A DNA stretch of 64,000 nucleotides from Dehalococcoidia bacterium (GTDB lineage: Bacteria > Chloroflexota > Dehalococcoidia > Plut-88900), in the NCBI GenBank assembly GCA_965207225.1, contig CBDBLV010000005.1, positions 736,001 through 800,000 on the forward strand, in the 5' to 3' direction. Position numbers and translations under genes: made by a program. Below the pieces are notes generated by a model, which saw only the letters and a list, made by a program, of their open reading frames with translations, was not told the origin of the DNA and did not search any database. Of the stretch, positions 47,276-57,328 are shown piece after piece; position 1 is the stretch's first letter, and each line of letters starts with the position of its first letter.

Positions 47276-48060
47276 AAGTCTAGACCCAACACTAATTTTA
47301 AGGAGGAACCAAAAACCCGGGGAAGCCCCCGAGACCCGACCCGAGGACTCAACGCCCTAGCCCATCCCAAGACCTCGCCCCTCTCTTGTAGGGGCGACCG
47401 GCCAATCGCCCCCCCTTGCGAGGAAGGAAGGTTGCGGCACAAGCGAACGTCGCCATCTCCTCATCCCACCGGGTCCCGTGCTCCTTCCCTGGTAGTCAGG
47501 CGATGGAAAGACGCCCTGGATAGAAGCCACAGCGGACCGGCCATTCCCCCGCCGAGAGACCCTCTCGGTGGCTGGTTAGCAGCGAGCTTACGCTATATCA
47601 AGCTAGGGGTGGGACGGACCGGCCATCCCCGCCCGGGACTGGCTTCCGGAGGTTGGCCCGTAGGCGAGCTTACGCCATATCAAGCAAGGGGAAATGCGGG
47701 CCGGCTCTACCCCGCCGGGACCGGTTCCCGGGGGTTGGCCCGCCGGCGAGCTTGCGCCATATCAAGCGAGGGGTTTGCTGGACCGCCCAGACCCGAGGGT
47801 GCGCGCCACGTAAAGTAACTCCCGGGGGCTACCCGCCGATCACTGGCCCCCACTGCGCCCTTAGGCGCCTGGGAGCGGGTCAAGGCCCGGCTGTCCGCCC
47901 GAACACCCGGGCACACATCGGGCAGAAGGGTGCGGCCGGCTGCAATCCGCCCCCCGGCGGACCTCCATGGCCCCCGACAGCCGAGCACCGCAAGAGAGTG
48001 GAGGCCACCGGCTCACCAGGTGCGTCTTCCATCGCCGCCCCAAAACCCACCAGACAGAAC
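47276..48060 (+). ncRNA. Candidate large structured ncRNA, copy 2 (family unknown)
   Basis: Paralog of 1602-2400; helix 47499-47519/48016-48036; ends approximate. Confidence 0.7.
47582..47773 (+). repeat. Three 28-nt direct repeats, period 82 nt
   Basis: Copies at 47582-47609, 47664-47691, 47746-47773. Confidence 0.95.
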
Positions 48061-48127
48061 GGAAACCAAAACCCACAACTGAATAGCAATCCGGTGTCTC
48101 CCCTGCTTCCCCAGCAGACACGCACAG

Positions 48128-48156
48128 TTGCCAGCCTCCGCCTTGATTTATATAAT
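48128..48156 (+). promoter_or_regulatory. sigma70-type promoter of speD-speE
   Basis: TTGCCA-17 nt-TATAAT. Confidence 0.75.
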
Positions 48157-48199
48157 GCGTCCTCTACGCGTGTGTAAATCCACTACGGGGGGCGGGTGA

Positions 48200-48574
48200 T
48201 TGAATGTCCTCGGAAACCACTTACTGCTGGAACTGAAGAACTGCGACAGCGTCCTCTTGGACGACCTGCCCTACGTTAGAGATGCCCTCATCTCCGCCGC
48301 CGAGCAGATGGGCGCCCGGGTCCTCGGCGAGTCCTTCCACAAGTTCCACCCCCAGGGCGTGACCGGCGTAGTCCCCATCTCCGAGTCTCACCTCTGCATC
48401 CACACATGGCCCGAGCACCGCTACGCCGCCGTAGACGTCTTCACCTGCAGCCAGACCTTCGACCCCCACCGCGTCGCCGAATTCCTCATCGACAAATTCG
48501 ACTGTAAGGACCCGTCCTTGATTGTCGTCAATCGGGGTATCCTCACCCCGGTCCCGGTCTCCCTCGGCTCCTAG
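48200..48574 (+). CDS. speD: S-adenosylmethionine decarboxylase proenzyme
   Basis: GVTG...SESH.CIHTWPE..YAAVDVFTC. Confidence 0.93.
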   Translation: MNVLGNHLLLELKNCDSVLLDDLPYVRDALISAAEQMGARVLGESFHKFHPQGVTGVVPISESHLCIHTWPEHRYAAVDVFTCSQTFDPHRVAEFLIDKFDCKDPSLIVVNRGILTPVPVSLGS

Positions 48575-48607
48575 CTAACTGGATTTCAAGTAGCGAAAGT
48601 TCGAGCC

Positions 48608-49522
48608 ATGACCCGGGACCCCAGCACCTGGTTCAGAGAGTCGGTATCCGAGGATCTTTACCAGGAAGCCAGGATCTCCGACATCGTCTACTCCGGCCGG
48701 AGTCCCTACCAGACAATCGAGATCATAGACACCCTCCCCTTCGGCCGCACCCTCGTCCTCGATGGCAAGACCCAGTCCTCAGAGACCGACGAGTTCATCT
48801 ACCACGAGATGCTCGTCCACCCCGCCATGATCACCCACCCCAACCCCGAGACCGTATTCATCGCAGGCGGCGGGGAGGGTGCCACCCTCCGGGACGTTCT
48901 TTGTCACAAGAGCGTCAAGCATGCCGTCATGGTAGACATCGATGAGCAGGTGGTGGAAGCTTCCCGCCGGCACCTTCCCGCCTGGCACGCTGGGGCCTTC
49001 GACGACCCCCGCACCACACTCCTCTACCAGGACGCCAGGGATTACCTCGAAAACACAGACTCTACCTTCGACGTTATCTTTATCGACCTCTCCGATCCCG
49101 TCGAAGGAAACCCCTCCGCCCTCCTCTTCACCGAGCGCTTCTTCAAAGTGGTCCGTGACCGGCTGGCCCCCGGTGGCATCATGGCCCTCCAGGCCGAGAC
49201 CGTTGACTACCTCCGCACCGCCGCCTTCACCGCCATCTGCCACACCCTCGCCCAGGTCTTCGAAAAAGTCCTCCCGTACCACATCGTTGTCCCCAGCTTC
49301 AGCGGAGACTGGGGTTTCGCCACCGCCAGCCGGACCCTTGACCCGACAACCCTCTCCGAATCCGACATAGATTCCGCCCTCGCTTCCCGCCTCACCAGAC
49401 CCTGTCGCGCCTATGACGGCAACACCCACAAGGGCCTCTTCCTCCTCCCCCGCCTCCTCCGCCAGGCCCTCGCCGCCGAGACCCACGTCCTCACCGAATC
49501 CAACCCTCTCATTGTCCCCTAA
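48608..49522 (+). CDS. speE: Polyamine aminopropyltransferase (spermidine synthase)
   Basis: LVLDG..Q..DEFIYHE, GGGEGATLR, VDID, DLSDP. Confidence 0.93.
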   Translation: MTRDPSTWFRESVSEDLYQEARISDIVYSGRSPYQTIEIIDTLPFGRTLVLDGKTQSSETDEFIYHEMLVHPAMITHPNPETVFIAGGGEGATLRDVLCHKSVKHAVMVDIDEQVVEASRRHLPAWHAGAFDDPRTTLLYQDARDYLENTDSTFDVIFIDLSDPVEGNPSALLFTERFFKVVRDRLAPGGIMALQAETVDYLRTAAFTAICHTLAQVFEKVLPYHIVVPSFSGDWGFATASRTLDPTTLSESDIDSALASRLTRPCRAYDGNTHKGLFLLPRLLRQALAAETHVLTESNPLIVP

Positions 49523-49589
49523 CCTCTCCCCCACTGACAAACGAATTGGTGGAAGCGCCGCACCGCAGCGCTTCCACCAATTCAATAAA

Positions 49590-50471
49590 CTAGGGAGGGA
49601 GGGTGGGACTCCAATTATTCCTGGGATGGTTGAGGATCTCCCATCTACACATTCTCTGCGGGAGTTGGCCGGCATCAGGCTGACTCCCCCTACTCCTCCA
49701 TCCCGAACAACCGGAGCTTTGCGCCCGGATATACCTCTCACTCAAATGGTTCAACGCCCGACGCGCCAGTGTAAAATTCTCCGACAGCGTCGCCATCACC
49801 CCCCCAAGCTCTGGTATATCCAGCTCCCTCGCCGCCAGCCCGTAGAACGCGCTCCCCTCCCGCTCGTAGTCCGCCATCGTCCGACGGTGTGCGAAACGCC
49901 TCCGCCTGGGGCTGCGAATGGCCTGGTGTGGGAACACCCCCGTCATGAACAGCGCAATGTCCGCCACCCGACGGTAGTAGTCGGGCCGCTCCTCCGGGTC
50001 CGCGTGTCGTGCCGCATAGATCATGTCGTCCATGTCCATGCTGCTGAACCGTCGCTTCCTCAGCCGACCCCTCTCCAGCGAATACACAACCGTCGAATAC
50101 GTCCTGGCAAACGACGACATCATGTCCGCCAGGTACTCCCGGGAAGGCTCCTCGTCCAGCAGGTCCGCCACCCGCGACGACTCGAACACTGGGATCACCT
50201 CCCCACGCTCCCCGATATCGTTGATGTACGGCTGGTTGTCCAGGTCCCGACGAGTCTGCTTCAGCAGTATCGTGAACAACAGCCGCGGCGAGATGTGCAC
50301 TACAGCCTCCTCGTCATCCAGCACCCGCTCCACCAGCCGCGGGTCGCCGACCATCGCGTCCAGGATATCCGGCTTGTCCCGGACCGCCTCCGCCACCCTG
50401 TCCCGCTCCCGAGGGTCCGGGGTTACCGTCTCGACAACGAATTTCAGGTCGGTGTCCGAGAGTATGAACAT
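49590..50471 (-). CDS. Hypothetical protein
   Basis: 293-aa ORF with host-like composition (YLADMMSSF, ADIALFMTGVFP); last ~40 aa look like run-on. Confidence 0.65.
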   Translation of the reverse strand: MFILSDTDLKFVVETVTPDPRERDRVAEAVRDKPDILDAMVGDPRLVERVLDDEEAVVHISPRLLFTILLKQTRRDLDNQPYINDIGERGEVIPVFESSRVADLLDEEPSREYLADMMSSFARTYSTVVYSLERGRLRKRRFSSMDMDDMIYAARHADPEERPDYYRRVADIALFMTGVFPHQAIRSPRRRRFAHRRTMADYEREGSAFYGLAARELDIPELGGVMATLSENFTLARRALNHLSERYIRAQSSGCSGWRSRGSQPDAGQLPQRMCRWEILNHPRNNWSPTLPP

Positions 50472-50482
50472 AGGGTTGGGGG

Positions 50483-50531
50483 TGGAGCGGGCGAAGGGAT
50501 TCGAACCCTCGACCTCCTGCTTGGGAAGCAG
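50483..50531 (-). repeat. att-type direct repeat: 49-bp copy of the tRNA-Gly 3' end
   Basis: Identical to 55384-55432. Confidence 0.92.
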
Positions 50532-51289
50532 TCAAGTCATTTCTGCCGCTGGTGCCGGTCTCTCAGCTACGAATTACCGACGAGGCCGCCTCCGACTCTA
50601 GACTAGGCAGGGTGTCGGATTACAGCCTCCTGTGATGCTTGCTTGTCCAACTCTACATGCTTGTCCGTCAGACATCAAGGCCATTGTCCAGGGCACAGGG
50701 GTTGATAAGGCAAAGCTACGTGGCGTGTTGATTCGTGCCACATCATCCAGTGTAGCTCCTATCCTCGGTCGTGAGCTCCGCTCCTCCCCCATTCGATCCT
50801 CTGGAGAGGATGTATCAACGGCGGCAGAAGAAGGTGTAGCCATGAAGTCCTCCGGGGTCGTGTCTGCGCAACTCGCATCACCCGGCGAGCATCAGCGTCA
50901 AATTCATCACTCCCGGCGCGGCCATTGGTTTTGTATTTCGGCATTCTCGTCTTCCGTCCTAAGGTTGGCGTTCTATCCACTGGCAGAGCAGTCGCCTTAT
51001 CGATGTGCGCCCTGAGTCCGGCGTTTCCGTTTCGGGACGGAGTGACCCTCTCCTATGCCACTTAGGGCTAGCGGTACCAGCGGTCGCCGAAGGAGTCCTG
51101 ATAGCGCGCCAGTTCCTCCTCGATCAAGCATTCCACACTACCACTGACAACCCCGTCAGTCGTAATACCCTTATGCTCATTGGCTCAGCATCCTCCTCCA
51201 TGGGATGCGTTGCCATGCTCGACTGGGAGATAGGGGATACTCTCAAGGAGACTGCCGACCAAGCGCGCCAGAGCCCACACAGCGCCCAA

Positions 51290-51517
51290 CTACCGAGCCC
51301 GCTCTGAGCAGGGGGGCCGCATGGTCGGCAGACAGTAAGGACAACCCGTTGACTGCTTGAAGTAGCGGTGCCTCGCTATAGATACGGCTGGCTCAGCCGC
51401 GATGAACATCCCTAGATAGATGGGGCTCTCGATTAGCGGGAACCATTGGCAGTCTTGCCGGTGTACCCTTCGGTGCCCATCGGCCTGCGGGTTCGGGTTG
51501 AGGTAGTAGTTCTGCAT
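51290..51517 (-). CDS. Small Cys/His putative metal-binding protein
   Basis: YYLNPNPQADGHRRVH..C...LG.F...A...GCPYC. Confidence 0.6.
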   Translation of the reverse strand: MQNYYLNPNPQADGHRRVHRQDCQWFPLIESPIYLGMFIAAEPAVSIARHRYFKQSTGCPYCLPTMRPPCSERAR

Positions 51518-51743
51518 AGTCTCAGTCCAGCGGATTACCTCGCCGGCAGTAATAGGGCTTGAGTGACCGATCTCTGCTCCAGTTGACTACCCAGTTGAGG
51601 GCAGAGGTCTTGGTTTCACAAGGATGCCGTTCACCTTCACTTAACGCATTGGATGATGGTTACCGTCAGGGCAGCCGTCTCTGTGGACCGCTACGAAACC
51701 CCCGAGAATATCGATAACGAATGTGTATTGGTGCCTCCGATGC

Positions 51744-52160
51744 TCAGTTGTCAGAGCCCCACCAGATGAATTCATTTACCAAGTCGATGTAGCCCTGCTT
51801 CACGCCGACCATCACCGTCCACTGGTCATCGACCTCCCATAGGAAGGTGGTAACAGCCTTCGCCTCCAGGGCTTTGGCATATGCGATATTAGTCTCTACA
51901 ATATTCGCGTGGGTTGCCCTTCGACACATTCGGTGATCCTGTCGACATCAAGATCCATCCGTTAGGCAGTGTTGTAGATGCCTTTGTCTTTGAGCGAACT
52001 GTGCGGGTAGACCAGCTTTATCCTACCCTTGCTGAAATCGGTGTCTCGCATGTCCATCCCGAGAGTTGTCGCCCACTGCTTGCACGCTGGGCATTGGAAA
52101 CCCCCGAACTTCACTAGGGTGGCTGGCGCATCCGGATTGCCTAGAATGTTCCAGCCGCGG
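51744..52160 (-). pseudogene. DsbA/thioredoxin-fold pseudogene fragments
   Basis: LGNPDAPATLVKF..FQCPAC fragment, frame then breaks. Confidence 0.5.
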
Positions 52161-52768
52161 TGAACAGGTACGAGTGGTAACAGCGGCGAGGGAGTTGGAG
52201 AAGGCCTCCGGGACTTTGGAACCGTGCGAAAGAGTTCCACCCGGCAACGGCGGAAGCGCCTGGGGATGTCCCGAAGGCCCTCATGTGTCTGATGTGTCCT
52301 CTAAACTCTTGTTGTACAGCGAGCCCTTCGACTTGAAGTCATTTGACCGAGTGAGCTGCTGGAAGGCTCTCTTCGACTCCCGTCTTCACGCGAATGTCAT
52401 GGAAGCAAGTTAACCAAAATCTACCGAAATGAAATTCAATGTATCCTCCTGCTAGCTCATAATGTTCATACCATCCTTGATTGTGGGATTGTCTTCAGAG
52501 GACTGTTACTCCGAAGGCAGTCACTTAGCATAGGACCCGTGACATCCCTCGTCTTATCCTCCGTGTGGGCCGGTTCGTGCCCGGTCCACTCGCCAGAAGA
52601 CCATACACATCCCTCATTTGAACAGACTCGTAAGTAATGGTACCAGCACGAGCATTTCTGTAGCATTACTATTCTCAGGATTTTATGTAACTTGTTGTAA
52701 CTCAGACCCAATTACCACATAATTGCCTCGACCGAGTTTCACAACGGCAGGCTATTAGGAGTGACGAG

Positions 52769-55132
52769 TTGAACCAACCGGACGAGCGAGCCCGACGGAT
52801 ACGTGAGCTGGAGGAACGCCTTTCCCGCTTGAGCGAGGCCAGCCTCCGCATCAACGAGAGCCTGGACTTCGACACGGTGTTGCAGGAGGTGGTGGACAGC
52901 GCCCGGGCGCTGACGTCCTCGCGCTACGGAGCGATCACTATCCCGGGCGAAGTGTTTCGGCGCCCCACATTCATCGCCTCTGGACTCACTAGGGAGGAAC
53001 ACCAGGGGTTTTGGGACATGCCCGAGGGATTGGGATTCTTCGAGTATCTCAGCGGCCTTGAGGAACCCCTGCGGGTCTCAGACATAGCGAGCCATCTTAA
53101 GGCACTAAACATGCCGGATTTCCTGCCCTCGGTACAAGTGGATTCCGTGCTGGTGGCCCCAATTCGTCACCTGGGGGTCGGAGTCGGCACCATCTACCTC
53201 GCCCATGAGCCGGGTGGCGGGAGGTTCACCCAGGAGGATGAGGAGACGCTGGTGATGTTCGCATCCCAGGCGGCATTGGTCATCGTCAATGCCCGGAGGC
53301 ACCGCGAGGAACGGCGGGCCAGGGCCGACCTTGAGACGCTCATGGACACCTCTCCCGTCGGCGTCGCAGTCTTCGACGCCGCGACAGGAGAGCCAAAGTC
53401 ATTCAACCGTGAGGCCGGCAGGATCGTCGACACCCTGCGCAATCCCGATCAGACGCCGGAGGACCTGTTGGAGCTGATGACCTTCAAGCGTGCAGACGGG
53501 AGGGAGATATCCCTGCGTGAGTTTCCGATGACCGAGCTCCTTAGCATCGGCGAGACGTTGCGGGCCGAGGAGATCGTCATGCGGGTCCCTGACGGGCGGA
53601 GCGTCACGGTGCTGCTCAACGCGACGCCCATTCTCTCCGAGGAGGGTGTAGTGGAGTCGATGATCGTCACCCTCCAGGACATGGCTGCAGTGCAGGAGAT
53701 GGAGCGAATGCGGGCGGAGTTCCTGGGCATGGTAAGCCACGAACTGCGGACTCCCCTGACCTCTATCAAGGGCTCTGCCTCTGCCATCATGGATGCCGGT
53801 CCGGATCTCGACCCCGCCGTGGTCCGCCAGTTTGTACGCATAATCGGAGACCAGGCGGAGCACATGCATGCCCTGGTCACCGATCTTCTGGACGTGGCCC
53901 GCATTGAGACAGGCACGCTGCCGGTAAGTCCCGAACCTGCCGACATGGCCGTACTGCTGGACCGTGCGAGAAATAGCTTCACCAATGCGGGAGGAAAAAC
54001 CAAGCTGGCCATCGAGGTGGAGCCGGGTCTGCCACTGGTAATGGCTGACAGGCGACGCATCGTCCAGGTACTCGCCAACCTATTGTCCAACGCGGCCCGC
54101 AACTCCCCGCAATCGTCCGTCATCAGGGTGGGCGCGGTGCGGGATGGCGTTCATGTCGCGGTCTCGGTGGCAGACGAAGGGCGCGGGATTCCTGCTGAGA
54201 GGCTACCCGAGCTGTTTCGGAAGTTCTCTAGGGCGCAGTCTGAGGAGCAGGCAGGGGACACGGGGTTGGGCCTCTCCATCTGCAAGGGCATAGTGGAAGC
54301 ACACGGTGGCCGCATCTGGGCCGAGAGCGACGGCCCTGGCACGGGGGCTTGTTTCACCTTCACGCTTCCATCGATCGAGGACTCCAAGGGCGGTGCGGTA
54401 AGCCGATTTCCTTCGATATCGACGCCCGAGGTGGGAGAGATGGAGAGTCGGGTGCGGGTTCTCGCGGTGGATGACGACCCCAATGATCTTCGCTACGTTC
54501 GGGACACTCTCGCCAGGTCGGGCTTCGACCCGGTCGTGACCGGGGAGCCGGAGGAGGTGGTTCGCCTCGTGGAAGACGAGAGGCCGGAACTCGTGCTGCT
54601 GGACCTGATGCTCCCCGGGGCGGACGGAATCGAGCTGATGAAGGACATCCTCGACGTGGCCGACGTGCCGGTTATCTTCCTGTCCGCCTACGGGCGGGAG
54701 GAGCAGATCGCCAGGGCCTTCGACGCAGGGGCCGACGACTACGTAGTAAAACCATTTTCGGCGACGGAGCTTTCGGCCAGGATCAGGGCGGCCCTGCGCC
54801 GTAGGGCGGTCTCAGAGCCGTCGGAGCCCTACGTTTTGGGCGCCCTGACCGTCGACTACGCCAGGCGCAGAGTGGTCCTGGCTGGCCGTCCTCTACATCT
54901 CACCCCGATCGAGTACCGAGTGCTGGCCGAGCTTTCAGCCAACGCTGGGAGGGTGCTGACCTACGAGCGTCTTTTGGGCCGGGTGTGGGATGGGAAGGGC
55001 GATGACGATGTGCGGCCCATGCGCACCATCGTCAGCAAGCTCCGCCGCAAACTCGGTGATGCCGCAGACAACCCCACTTACATATTCACCGAACCCCGTG
55101 TCGGCTTCCGGATGCTGGAGGGGGAGGCGTAG
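52769..55132 (+). CDS. Hybrid GAF-PAS-histidine kinase-receiver-OmpR wHTH protein
   Basis: SHELRTPL, NLLSNA, DEGRG, GLGL, VDDD, LDLMLPG, KPF, LTPIEYR, LRRKLG..YIFTEPRVG. Confidence 0.92.
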   Translation: MNQPDERARRIRELEERLSRLSEASLRINESLDFDTVLQEVVDSARALTSSRYGAITIPGEVFRRPTFIASGLTREEHQGFWDMPEGLGFFEYLSGLEEPLRVSDIASHLKALNMPDFLPSVQVDSVLVAPIRHLGVGVGTIYLAHEPGGGRFTQEDEETLVMFASQAALVIVNARRHREERRARADLETLMDTSPVGVAVFDAATGEPKSFNREAGRIVDTLRNPDQTPEDLLELMTFKRADGREISLREFPMTELLSIGETLRAEEIVMRVPDGRSVTVLLNATPILSEEGVVESMIVTLQDMAAVQEMERMRAEFLGMVSHELRTPLTSIKGSASAIMDAGPDLDPAVVRQFVRIIGDQAEHMHALVTDLLDVARIETGTLPVSPEPADMAVLLDRARNSFTNAGGKTKLAIEVEPGLPLVMADRRRIVQVLANLLSNAARNSPQSSVIRVGAVRDGVHVAVSVADEGRGIPAERLPELFRKFSRAQSEEQAGDTGLGLSICKGIVEAHGGRIWAESDGPGTGACFTFTLPSIEDSKGGAVSRFPSISTPEVGEMESRVRVLAVDDDPNDLRYVRDTLARSGFDPVVTGEPEEVVRLVEDERPELVLLDLMLPGADGIELMKDILDVADVPVIFLSAYGREEQIARAFDAGADDYVVKPFSATELSARIRAALRRRAVSEPSEPYVLGALTVDYARRRVVLAGRPLHLTPIEYRVLAELSANAGRVLTYERLLGRVWDGKGDDDVRPMRTIVSKLRRKLGDAADNPTYIFTEPRVGFRMLEGEA

Positions 55133-55383
55133 GCCTTGTTGGAATTACTTAGAGGTAGAAATAGTTGATGTCCATGCCGGGTCCCGGGGAATGACGAGTC
55201 TGCAAAAAGACGCGACGGCAAAAGCAGGGAGAAATCTGTTACATGACCGCGCGGTAGAGCCAGTCTCGGATTATACGCGGGTCCCACACACTGCAAAGGT
55301 CGGCGTACGGATGAGGAGGCAGGGGAAAAGGAGCGATCGTCAAGACGGTCTCTTTCGCTTAGTAGCTACGAAAAAGGCACGTT

Positions 55384-55458
55384 TGGAGCGGGCGAAGGGA
55401 TTCGAACCCTCGACCTCCTGCTTGGGAAGCAGACACTCTACCGCTGAGTTACGCCCGC
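55384..55458 (-). tRNA. tRNA-Gly(CCC)
   Basis: GCGGGCG acceptor, CTGCT-TCCCA-AGCAG anticodon arm, GTTCGAAT, CCA. Confidence 0.95.
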
Positions 55459-55506
55459 ACTTGCCGCTACTTTACGACCCTCGGGTCTAGGGCGTCAAAT
55501 CCTCAG

Positions 55507-56013
55507 TTACCTCAACCTCCCCACCGCATAGAAAACCCCCACCGCCAGGAACAGCAGCAGATATATGTCCACCGACAACACATACGCCCCAAACCCCTGC
55601 CCCGACAAATCATAGAAAAACGCCGCTTGGATAGCCTTTCCCGCAAATGCGCTGGCAATGACGCTCACCGCTGCAATCACCTGCAGCCCCACCCCCCGCT
55701 TCCGGTTCGCCACCCTCGATATTCCCTCCCCAATCGCCACCCCCACTATGATCGACGTGATGATCGAAGCGAACGGTATCCCCCGCAGCAGCGCCCACAC
55801 CACCCCTCCACCCAGCGCCAACCCGAGCCCTGCGCCCGCAGCCTTCAGGTAGTAGACCTTGCCTACATCATAGATAGGCGAACGCCGTACATTCGCACAC
55901 TGCTTGCACCTCGCCCCGACGGGCGTATGAATAAGACACTTCGGGCAGATCGCCTTGTCGCATTTGCTGCAGCTGAGGTAAGTCTCGACGTTTGGATGCG
56001 TTGCACACTGCAT
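55507..56013 (-). CDS. B-box-like zinc-finger membrane protein
   Basis: CATHP..C..C..IC.C...VG..C..C then 3-4 TM helices. Confidence 0.8.
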   Translation of the reverse strand: MQCATHPNVETYLSCSKCDKAICPKCLIHTPVGARCKQCANVRRSPIYDVGKVYYLKAAGAGLGLALGGGVVWALLRGIPFASIITSIIVGVAIGEGISRVANRKRGVGLQVIAAVSVIASAFAGKAIQAAFFYDLSGQGFGAYVLSVDIYLLLFLAVGVFYAVGRLR

Positions 56014-56046
56014 AGGATCGAGGTTTAAGATCGAGTAGTAGGCGAA

Positions 56047-56490
56047 CTAGGCCAGATCGCCCAGGGCGAACGTAAGCTCCCCCGACGCCACCGTCTTCCC
56101 GCCCACCTTCGCTTCTGCTTTCGCCTTCCCTACCGTTCCCCTCATCCTCTCCAGCGACACCTCCATCACCAGCGCGTCCCCCGGCCTCACCGGCCTGCGG
56201 AACCGGAACGAATCTATCCCCGCAAAATACCCCACCTTCCCCCGGTTCTGCTCCAGGCTCAGCAGCGCCACCGACCCCACCTGCGCCAAAGCCTCCACGA
56301 TAAGCACCCCCGGCATGATCGGATAGCCGGGAAAGTGCCCCTGGAAGAAGGGCTCGTTGATGCTCACGTTCTTCAGCCCCACCGCCCGTGCCCCGGGCTC
56401 CAGCTCCGTTATCCGGTCCACCATAAGGAACGGATACCTGTGAGGCAGCAGGTCCTGGATCTCCTGCGCCGAAAGTTCCGTCCCGCTCAC
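56047..56490 (-). CDS. fabZ: 3-hydroxyacyl-ACP dehydratase
   Basis: [29 protein letters not shown]. Confidence 0.95.
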   Translation of the reverse strand: MSGTELSAQEIQDLLPHRYPFLMVDRITELEPGARAVGLKNVSINEPFFQGHFPGYPIMPGVLIVEALAQVGSVALLSLEQNRGKVGYFAGIDSFRFRRPVRPGDALVMEVSLERMRGTVGKAKAEAKVGGKTVASGELTFALGDLA

Positions 56491-56491
56491 C

Positions 56492-57325
56492 CTATCCGCC
56501 TTTCGAGTTCCCGATTTCCAACAACCTGTGCACCGACGACTCCGGCACGTCCACGTCTCCCAGGTCGATGTCGGGCCCCAGCCCCGGGCCGTGATAGTCG
56601 CTCCCTCCGCAGGGGATCAGTTCGTATTTGTCTGCCAGCCGTTTCATCCGTGAAATCATCTCCGGAGTGTACCTTGCGTAGTACACTTCCATGCCCGCAA
56701 GCCCTTCCGCCTTCATGCTAGGAACAAGCGACTCGACGTTCCGCGTAAAGCTCGGGTGCGCCAGCACCGCCTTCCCCCCGACCGACTGTATCAGCCGTAT
56801 CGCATCCCCTGGCTTCAGCTTCTCCCGACCCACGTATGCAGGTCTTCCGTTACCTAGGTACAGGTCAAACGCCTCCTGCACCGACCCCACGTGACCCCTC
56901 TCCTCAAGAGCCTGCGCTACGTGCGGCCTCCCCACCGCCCCGTCCCCCGCTATCTCCTTCACCCTCTCCCAGTCCACTTCCACCCCCAGCTTCGCCAGCT
57001 TCTCCACCATCTCCCGCGCCCGACCCACCCGGCCATCCCTGAACTTCTTCATCTCCTCCTGGAAACCCGAGTCTTCATAAGTGTCCAGGTATCCGAGAAT
57101 GTGTACCTCGCTGCCCTTCACGTCGGCGCTAAGCTCGACGCCCGGAATGACGGTCAAGGAAGGATACCGCCCTGAGCGGCCCACGGCCCGCTCCAGACCG
57201 TCCGTAGAGTCGTGGTCCGTGATTGCAAGGAAATGGAGCCCCTTGCGGGCCGCATGATCGACCAGCTCTTCCGGGGTCAGCACCCCGTCCGAAACTGTCG
57301 TGTGGCTGTGCAGGTCGACGTGCAA
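56492..57325 (-). CDS. PHP-domain protein (TrpH/YciV-like)
   Basis: DLHSH..SDG, TDHD, GVE, HILG, LAHP, GGSDYHG. Confidence 0.9.
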   Translation of the reverse strand: MHVDLHSHTTVSDGVLTPEELVDHAARKGLHFLAITDHDSTDGLERAVGRSGRYPSLTVIPGVELSADVKGSEVHILGYLDTYEDSGFQEEMKKFRDGRVGRAREMVEKLAKLGVEVDWERVKEIAGDGAVGRPHVAQALEERGHVGSVQEAFDLYLGNGRPAYVGREKLKPGDAIRLIQSVGGKAVLAHPSFTRNVESLVPSMKAEGLAGMEVYYARYTPEMISRMKRLADKYELIPCGGSDYHGPGLGPDIDLGDVDVPESSVHRLLEIGNSKGG

Positions 57326-57328
57326 GGC

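Larger units (their letters stand above)
50532..55383. mobile_element. Genomic island integrated at tRNA-Gly(CCC), no integrase
   Basis: Flanked by 49-bp direct repeats; composition differs from flanks; contains gene fragments. Confidence 0.8.

Noticed and set aside
50483-50531. Second tRNA-Gly gene
   Set aside because: Only the 3' 49 nt; no D-arm or 5' acceptor strand
49413-50606. 397-aa + strand ORF and other long antisense ORFs
   Set aside because: Shadow frames of GC-rich genes with no motifs
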